Source: Nitrosopumilus sp.
GTDB taxonomy: Archaea > Thermoproteota > Nitrososphaeria > Nitrososphaerales > Nitrosopumilaceae
Length of the DNA: 64,000 nt
Direction: 5' to 3'
NCBI GenBank assembly: GCA_965197525.1
Contig: OZ240211.1
Location: 2,016,001 to 2,080,000, forward strand
Shown here piece after piece: positions 1 through 8,100 of the stretch. The notes under the pieces are model-generated. The model worked only from the letters and a program-made list of their open reading frames with translations. It did no database searches and was not told where the DNA came from. Made by a program: the position numbers and the translations under genes. Every line of letters starts with the position of its first letter. The stretch's first letter is position 1.

Positions 1-430
1 TAAAATCTGATTCATACCACTCTGTTTTGTATACTGCATTCTTTTTTGGCAGAATGTTAATTGCAATATGTGAAAACTCGACATCTTTTTTAATCGATCC
101 ATGTGTATGAAGCGTCTTTGCTGGAATATGCACAACATCCCCTTTGTTGATGGTTATCTTGTCAGTTCTCTTGATCTTAAATTCAGTCTTGTTTTTTCCA
201 TATCTTCTAAAAATTTCTAGGCTTCCATTCCCTTTGACTCCAATCAACACTTGTCCACCGTCATGGTAGTGCAGTTTTGTTCTTGATCCTTTTTGAAAAT
301 GTACATGATACATATCCTGACTATCTAATTTTATCTTTCCAGATAGTACCTTCATCCATGTCTTTGATGTAAACCAATCTGGGTTTACATCTCTTTTGTC
401 GTTTGTACCTTCAATGTTTGTCTTTTTCAT
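1..430 (-). CDS. Cupin-domain protein (3'-truncated by window edge)
   Basis: Manual translation from ATG at 430: MKKTNIEGTNDKRDVNPDWF...KLHYHDGGQVLIGVKG...GDVVHIPAKTLHTHG; both cupin His motifs present; frame open to position 1. Confidence 0.75.
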   Translation of the reverse strand, partial: MKKTNIEGTNDKRDVNPDWFTSKTWMKVLSGKIKLDSQDMYHVHFQKGSRTKLHYHDGGQVLIGVKGNGSLEIFRRYGKNKTEFKIKRTDKITINKGDVVHIPAKTLHTHGSIKKDVEFSHIAINILPKKNAVYKTEWYESDF

Positions 431-668
431 TATTGATTCACCTGTCTGTCTTTTGACCGTAATTTTATGGACGTTATCATATTTGATCTTCTCACTTGGT
501 TTCTATTTTTATAGAATATTTAGGTTTAGCGTATTACATGCAGCAGTATCTCTACACGTGTTTTATTCTGTCTATCGTTTTTATGGACGTTATGCTACTG
601 GTGTATTTTTTCTGTCTTGTTATTTTTTGAATGTTTGTTGAGTATGGTAATTTCATATTCTTATGGCT

Positions 669-1490
669 TTATAATTTTACCAGTCTTCTAAACTCTGCAT
701 TATCGTATAGTTTTTCAAAAATAGGCTCTTCTTTTGCCCAGTTTCTGATTGTTTTTGGCTCTTTTGATACTGATTGTTTTAGCAACTCTAATGCTTGCGG
801 ATATCTGCCTAGTGCCGCACTACTGCGTGATTTTGCATAAATAATGTTTACATTATTTTTGTACTTTGATAAGATCTTATCAAATATCTCTATTGCTTTC
901 TCATGTTTGCCTAGTTCTGCTAACTCTATTCCTTTGTGAAAGAATGCATCCATGTGACTAGGATGTTTTCTGTACACCTGTTCAAAACAATTCAGTGCTT
1001 CTTCATGCCTTTTCATTTTGCCTAAAATTATGCCTTTATAAAATAACGCGTTTGGTTTTCTTGGATCTATTGTAATGGCTTTTTCTAAAACTTGTATTGC
1101 CTCTTCGTTTTCTCGAAGTTTGTCTAATAACACTCCTTTGTTAAAATACGCTGATGCATTCTTTGGGTTAGCATCTATTGCCTTGTCATAGCATTCAGCT
1201 GCTGCTTGAATATTCCCGTTCTCTGCCATTGCAATTCCTTTGTTGTTGTATGCTTGGGAATCTTTTGGGTTTATGTCTATTACCTTGTCAAAACACGTAA
1301 TTGCGTCACTGTATTTTTTGATGCTGTTTAGCGCAAGGCCTTTGCTAAACAATACTGAACTGTTCTCTGGCTCTTGTTTTAGCACTTTGTTGTATAGTGA
1401 GATGGCCCCCTTTGGCTGATTCCTCTCCATCAGAGATGTTGCGTTATACATCAAATCCTCTACATTCTCTTTTGAGCCAAATAATCCCAT
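669..1490 (-). CDS. TPR-repeat protein
   Basis: 273 aa with serial TPR-like 34-aa units (e.g. AYNNKGIAMAENGNIQAAAECYDKAIDANP). Confidence 0.85.
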   Translation of the reverse strand: MGLFGSKENVEDLMYNATSLMERNQPKGAISLYNKVLKQEPENSSVLFSKGLALNSIKKYSDAITCFDKVIDINPKDSQAYNNKGIAMAENGNIQAAAECYDKAIDANPKNASAYFNKGVLLDKLRENEEAIQVLEKAITIDPRKPNALFYKGIILGKMKRHEEALNCFEQVYRKHPSHMDAFFHKGIELAELGKHEKAIEIFDKILSKYKNNVNIIYAKSRSSAALGRYPQALELLKQSVSKEPKTIRNWAKEEPIFEKLYDNAEFRRLVKL

Positions 1491-1612
1491 GGTCTATCTA
1501 CACCGTGTATTCAATGCTATCTTTATTGCTAATGAAAGTTTGGTTTATAATCACTCTTTTGTCCCGTCGCATACTCATCATAGCAATCATTGCTGTCATC
1601 ATTCTCATATTA

Positions 1613-1762
1613 TCACTCTTCTCCTTCTCCCAACGCCTTGAATTTTTTGATAGCCTCTTTTGCCATCTCTTCTTGTTCTTTAGCTGTCGTGTCTACTGTG
1701 GGATCTTCGGTGGCATATGCCTCTTTGTTGTCTTTTTTCTTCTCTCCTCCTCCTATTTCCAT
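1613..1762 (-). CDS. Small acidic/charged hypothetical protein (49 aa)
   Basis: MEIGGGEKKKDNKEAYATEDPTVDTTAKEQEEMAKEAIKKFKALGEGEE; below the ORF-track cutoff; co-oriented with the TPR gene. Confidence 0.5.
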   Translation of the reverse strand: MEIGGGEKKKDNKEAYATEDPTVDTTAKEQEEMAKEAIKKFKALGEGEE

Positions 1763-1819
1763 ACCATCCACTATAATTCATTTTATAAAAATCATTTTTG
1801 TTTGGTCGGGATCCCACAG

Positions 1820-1903
1820 ACTAGCAACGCTGTAAAAGGTTAGGTCGTGTGCCTATCAATCTGCATCTCACACTGAGAACGTAACCTCTTACGCAACGCT
1901 AGC
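1820..1903 (-). ncRNA. Putative structured RNA hairpin (leader or sRNA)
   Basis: Arms 1820-1842 and 1882-1903 pair over ~21 bp on the minus strand using four G.U wobbles that would be A.C mismatches on the plus strand. Confidence 0.4.
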
Positions 1904-2013
1904 CTTAAATTTTATATAGATATCATATGATGTTACCATATGTTTGCTAGAAGCAATACTGTCAGTAGTAATTCTAATAATGTACAAGCCGAGGTTTTGG
2001 ATGTTTTTGACAC

Positions 2014-2129
2014 ATTTGCAAAGATTGTGCATTTTAAGCCTAATTGTAACGTGGGGGGGGGGTGTGTGTTCAAAACCAAATTGGAAGAACCGATTTGCAA
2101 TGATTGTGCATTTTAAGCCTAATTGTAAC
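2014..2129 (+). repeat. 37-bp direct repeat (2014-2050, 2093-2129) enclosing a G10 tract (2053-2062)
   Basis: ATTTGCAA[A/T]GATTGTGCATTTTAAGCCTAATTGTAAC twice, one mismatch; the second copy supplies the ATG at 2100. Confidence 0.9.
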
Positions 2130-5100
2130 ACAGCATACACGCTTGCCATCCTCATACTAACGATACTGACAATCCTTGCAGTGTCAGGATCTATACAACA
2201 TGTCGACGAGTCCGGTCAGGCCATAGTACTTAATCCAAAATCGTACCCGCAGGTAGGTGGTCATTGGACAGTGGATCTTGACCTATCTAGTGGTGGGAAT
2301 CTCGTAGTTACAGCTGTCGATGGCACATACTTTGGAGATGACATTGGGTTTGCTCGCATGTATGGCCAAGACAACGCAGACGCGCAACCGTCATACCAAG
2401 ATGACGGCACGGTGCGATTTGACGACATTGCTGCAGGATCGTGGCATTTTGAGGTGGTAGTATACACAGCTGGAAGACACGACATGATATTCAAGTTGGG
2501 TGACAGTACTGCACATGCAAGCAACAATGCGCTGATACCCGGAGCGTTTGTCACCACATGGAAGACTACTTCTGCAAACGAGGAGATAACTATCCCCATA
2601 CGCCCGTCCTCCTCAGGTAATTATATTGTTACATGGGGTGACGGCAACGCCACCACACATACAGGTCATGCCACCCATACGTACGTTGGGGCAGGCAACC
2701 ACACCATCAGTGTATCTGGTAACAACCTTGCCATGCACTTGTCCGATGACCCAAGTAATGCGGCAAAACTCGTATCAATAGACCAGTGGGGAGACGTACA
2801 ATGGAAGTCTATGACTCGCGCGTTTTATGGAGCGTCAAACATGATATACAACGCCGTCGACGTGCCGAATCTCTCGGACGTGAGGGACATGTCATATATG
2901 TTCGCCTCTGCACCATTGTTTGACGGCGACCTCTCCGAGTGGGACGTCTCGGACGTGAGGAATATGAGTTACATGTTCTGGGAAGCTCAGTCCTTTAACG
3001 GAAACATCTCAACTTGGGACGTCTCGAGAGTGACTAATACAAGAAACATGTTCCAAGGCACCACCATCTTCAACGGCAACCTTTCTGCTTGGGACGTGTC
3101 GCGTGTCACCGACATGGGAGGCATGTTCCACCGCACTCCTGTCTTTAACAGCGACATCTCTGGGTGGGACGTATCGAACGTGAAATCCATGGGATATCTG
3201 TTCAAGAACGCCTACGACTTCAATAGCGACATCTCCGACTGGGACGTATCGCGCGTCACCAACATGGAGCGCCTGTTCAGCTTTGCCTACGACTTCAATA
3301 GCGACATCTCTGCCTGGGACGTGTCGCACGTCACCAACATGCAAGGCACGTTCAATCATGCAGACTCATTTACCGGTGATATCTCCGACTGGGACGTATC
3401 GCGCGTAACCAATATGAGCTACATGTTCTGGGAAAATCAAGCCTTCAACGGCAACATCTCCGACTGGGACGTATCGCGTGTAACTGACATGAGCTGGATG
3501 TTTGACCGTACTCACGTATTCAATGGCAACATCTCCGACTGGGACGTATCGCGCGTCACCAACATGGACGCCATGTTCAGAGGTGCTACCGCCTTTGACA
3601 ACGATCTGTCTGGATGGGACATATCGAGTGTAACCAACATGAAAAGCATGTTCTTAAACGCCCCCGTCTTTAACAGCAACATCTCCAACTGGGACGTCTC
3701 TAACGTCGAGTCCATGAATCAAATGTTCAAAGGTGCCCAGAACTTCAACAGTGATATCTCCGACTGGGATGTATCGAGTGTAACTGACATGGAAGGCATG
3801 TTCAACGAAGCCTTTAAATTCAAGCAAAACTTGGGCGACTGGTACGTAGTGCTAAACAACACCGCGGTAAATATCGACGACGTTCCAGGAGTAATCGGAA
3901 CTATATCTGCGCAAAACCTGTATCTTGGCGGCCAGAACGTGACGTACGGGATAGGAACCGATGGCAATTCGACTTTATTTGAGATTGCAGACGACACCGG
4001 TCTGAGCATGACCGTATCGCCGACTAATTCTGCCTACACAGTCAACATAACATCCACCGGTTCCTTCGGCACCACCAACCACCGCGTCTACACCATAACG
4101 GTACCCGCAGGTCCTACCAACCCGGTGCCTGTCACCTCGATTACCTCCGGGGATGAAGTCAACGGCAAGACCTATGACAATCTTCAATCCCCATACTTCA
4201 TCACTACCGTCAAAATCGGCTCCGGGACGTACGCGCTAGTCACGGCATCCAGTGGTGGCAGCGGCGTCCAGATAATCGACATCACGGATCCGGCCAACCC
4301 TGTGCCGGAATCGTCGTTTGATGATGATGATACTGTCACAGTCGACGATGTTAGCATGACCTTTGACAAGCTTTACGGCTCCCAAGGCATCGCCACGACC
4401 ACTATCGGCTCCAGCACGTACGCGATAGTTGCCGCATTTAAAGAACATGGCGTCCAGATAATCGACATCACGAATCCTGCCAGCCCCGTGCCAGTAGCAT
4501 CGTTTGGTGACGGGGACACTGTCACAGTCAACGGCGTCAACAAAACATTTGACAAGCTTGAAGGTGCGTTTGGCATCGCCATGGCCACGATCGGCTCCAG
4601 CACGTACGCGCTGGTCTCGACATATACTGACGACGGCGTCCAGATAGTCAACATCACGAATCCTGCCAGCCCCGTGCCAGTAGCATCGTTTGGTGACGGG
4701 GACACTGTCACAGTCAACGGCATCAACAAGACGTTTGACAAGCTTGACGGCGGGGAAGGCATCGCCACGGTCACGATCGGTACCGGCACGTACGCGCTGG
4801 TTACAGGATACTACAGCAATGGCGTCCAGATAATCGACATCACGGATCCGGCCAACCCCGTACCTGCCGCCTCGTTTGGTGACGGGGGCAGAGTCAGCGG
4901 GGTCAGCAAAACCTTTAATGAACTCCGAGGTGCCAACGGCATCACCACCGTCACGATCGGTACCGGCACGTACGCGCTGGTCACGGCATTTGATGATGAC
5001 GGCGTCCAGATAATCGACATCACGGATCCGGCCAACCCCGTGCCTGCCGCCTCGTTTGGTGACGGGGACACCATCGGCGGCAAGACATTTGACAAGCTTG

Positions 5101-8100
5101 ACGGCGCATTTGGCATTGACACGGTCACGATCGGTACCGGCACGTACGCACTAGTCGCTGCAGTTTTCGACAGCGGCATCCAGATAATCGACATCACGGA
5201 TCCGGCCAACCCCGTGCCTGCCGCCTCGGTCGGCAACGGAGACTCTTTTGACGGCAAGACCTTTGACAAGCTCACCGTCCCCAGAGGCATTACAGCTGCC
5301 ACGATCGGCTCCAACGCGTACGCACTAGTCGCTGCATTTCTGGTTGACAGCGTCCAGATAATCGATCTGGGAGAGACGCCAGACATTACCGCTCCTCCAC
5401 CGGACGACTCTTTTTCCACCACTTGGCAGACCACCTCTGCAGACGAGACGATAACCATCCCGGTCAACAACGCGATGGGTCTCTACACAGTGTATTGGGG
5501 CGACGGTAATGTCACCACGTACGACGGCGACGCTACCCACACGTACGACTCGGCCGGCAGTTACACGGTAAGCATATCAGGCAACTTTACCCACATATAC
5601 CTAGCTGGAGACTCGGACAACGCAAAAAAACTCGAGTCCATAAACCAATGGGGGAATATGCGGTGGGAATCCATGCACGGGGCATTTTATGGGGCGTCAA
5701 ACATGATATACAACGCCACTGATGAGCCGAACCTCGCTGATGTGACTGACATGAGTGGCATGTTCAACGGCGCCTCATCGTTTGACGGCGATATCTCCTC
5801 ATGGGACGTTTCTGATGTGACTGACATGAGTGGCATGTTCAACGGCGCCTCATCGTTTGACGGCGATATCTCCTCATGGGACGTCTTTGGCGTGAATGGT
5901 ATGAGTGGCATGTTCAGCGACAGCACCTTCAACCAGGACATCTCAGACTGGGACGTATCACACGTCACCGACATGGACGGCATGTTCAGCGACAGCACCT
6001 TCAACCAAGACATCTCCGACTGGAATGTCTCCGGCGTCGTCGACATGAGTTACATGTTCAGCGACAGCACCTTCAACCAGGACATCTCAGACTGGAACGT
6101 TTCATCAGTCACATACATGGAAAACATGTTCAGCGACAGCACCTTCAACCAGGACATCTCCGACTGGAATGTCTCCGGCGTCGTCGACATGAGTTACATG
6201 TTCAGCGACAGCACCTTCAACCAGGACATCTCAGACTGGAACGTTTCATCAGTCACATACATGGAAAACATGTTCAGCGACAGCACCTTCAACCAGGACA
6301 TCTCCGACTGGAATGTCTCCGGCGTCGTCTACATGAGTTACATGTTCAGCGACAGCACCTTCAACCAGGACATCTCCGACTGGAACGTTTCATCAGTCAC
6401 ATACATGGAAAACATGTTCAGCGACAGCACCTTCAACCAGGACATCTCCGACTGGAATGTCTCCGGTGTCGTCTACATGGACGATATGTTCAACACTGCC
6501 TCTGTTTTCAAGCAAAACCTAGGCAAATGGTACGTTGTGTTGGACAGTATTGTAATAAACGCCGAAGACGCTCCAGGGATAGTTGGAACCATATCTACGC
6601 AGAGTCAGGCGCTTGATTACCCCGCTCCCACGTACGGGATAGGAACTGGTGGTGATCGGGATTCGTTTAAGATCACCGGTGGCTCCGACCTGAACATGGC
6701 TGTATCTCCAGACAAGCCCAATTATATCGTCAACATAACATCTACGGGATCCTTTGGCACATCCAACCATCGCATCTACAACATAACTGTACTCCCCTCC
6801 TCATCTGCCAACCTCCAGTTCTCAGATGATTCGTTTGTCACCACATGGCAAACCACCTCTGCAGATGAGACAATAACCATTCCAGTCGGAAGCGCTCCAG
6901 GCAACTATACAGTGTATTGGGGCGACGGCAGTGTCACCATGCATATTGGTGATGCCATCCATACGTACACATCTGCCGGTAACCACACAATCAGCATAAC
7001 AGGTGGCTTTACCCTCATAAATCTGGCAGGCGACATGGATAATGCAGCCAAGATCATATCCATAGATCAATGGGGGGATGTGCAATGGGAATCCATGCAA
7101 GGAGCGTTTCGAGGTGCATTAAACATGAGATACAATGCCACTGATGTGCCTGATCTATCCAGAGTATGGGATACATCGTCAATGTTCCGCGATGCCGCCG
7201 CCTTTGATGGTGACCTGTCCGGATGGGATGTCTCTAATATGACTTATATGTATGGCATGTTCTACGATGCTACTGTCTTTGACAGCGATCTGTCCGGATG
7301 GGACGTTGCAGATGTGACTAATATGGGCAGTATGTTCAGGGGCACTGCCTTGTTCAACAGCGATCTGTCCGGATGGAACGTCTCAGGAGTGAATAACATG
7401 TACAGCATGTTCAGAGGTGCTACTGCCTTTGACAGCGATCTGTCCGGATGGAACGTCTCAGAAGTGACTGATATGCATAGCATGTTCAGAGGTGCTACTG
7501 CCTTTGACAGCGATCTGTCCGGATGGGATATCTCGAGTGTTACAACCCTTGGTAGTATGTTCAAAGACGCCTCAACATTCATGCAAAATCTGGGCAACTG
7601 GTACATTGTACTGGACAGCACTGAGATACACGACGAAGACGCTCCAGGGATAGTTGGAACCATATCTACGCAGAGTCAGGCGCTTGATTACCCCGTCCCC
7701 ACGTACGGGATAGGAACCGGTGGTGATCGGGATTCGTTTAAGATCACTGGTGGCTCCGACCTGAACATGGCTGTATCTCCAGACAAGCCCAATTACATCG
7801 TCAACATAACATCTACGGGATCCTTTGGCACATCCAACCATCGCATCTACAACATAACTGTAATCCCATCTGTCAACTTCCCGTTCTCAGATGATCCGTT
7901 TGTCACCACATGGAAAACCACCTATGCAGATGAGACAATAGCCATTCCAGTCGGAAATGCTACAGGCAACTATACAGTGCATTGGGGTGATGGCAATGCC
8001 ACCACGCATATTGGTGATGCTATCCACACGTACGCATCTGCAGGCAACCACACAATCAGCATAACAGGCGACTTTACTAGAATAAACCTGGCAGGAAACT

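Noticed and set aside
231-250. Apparent frameshift in the cupin gene
   Set aside because: On careful re-reading the frame is continuous (VLIGVKGNGSLE).
5876-6616. 246-aa alternative-frame ORF with HVQRQHLQPGHLRL repeats
   Set aside because: By-product of a stop-free 72-bp repeat; no independent start signal.
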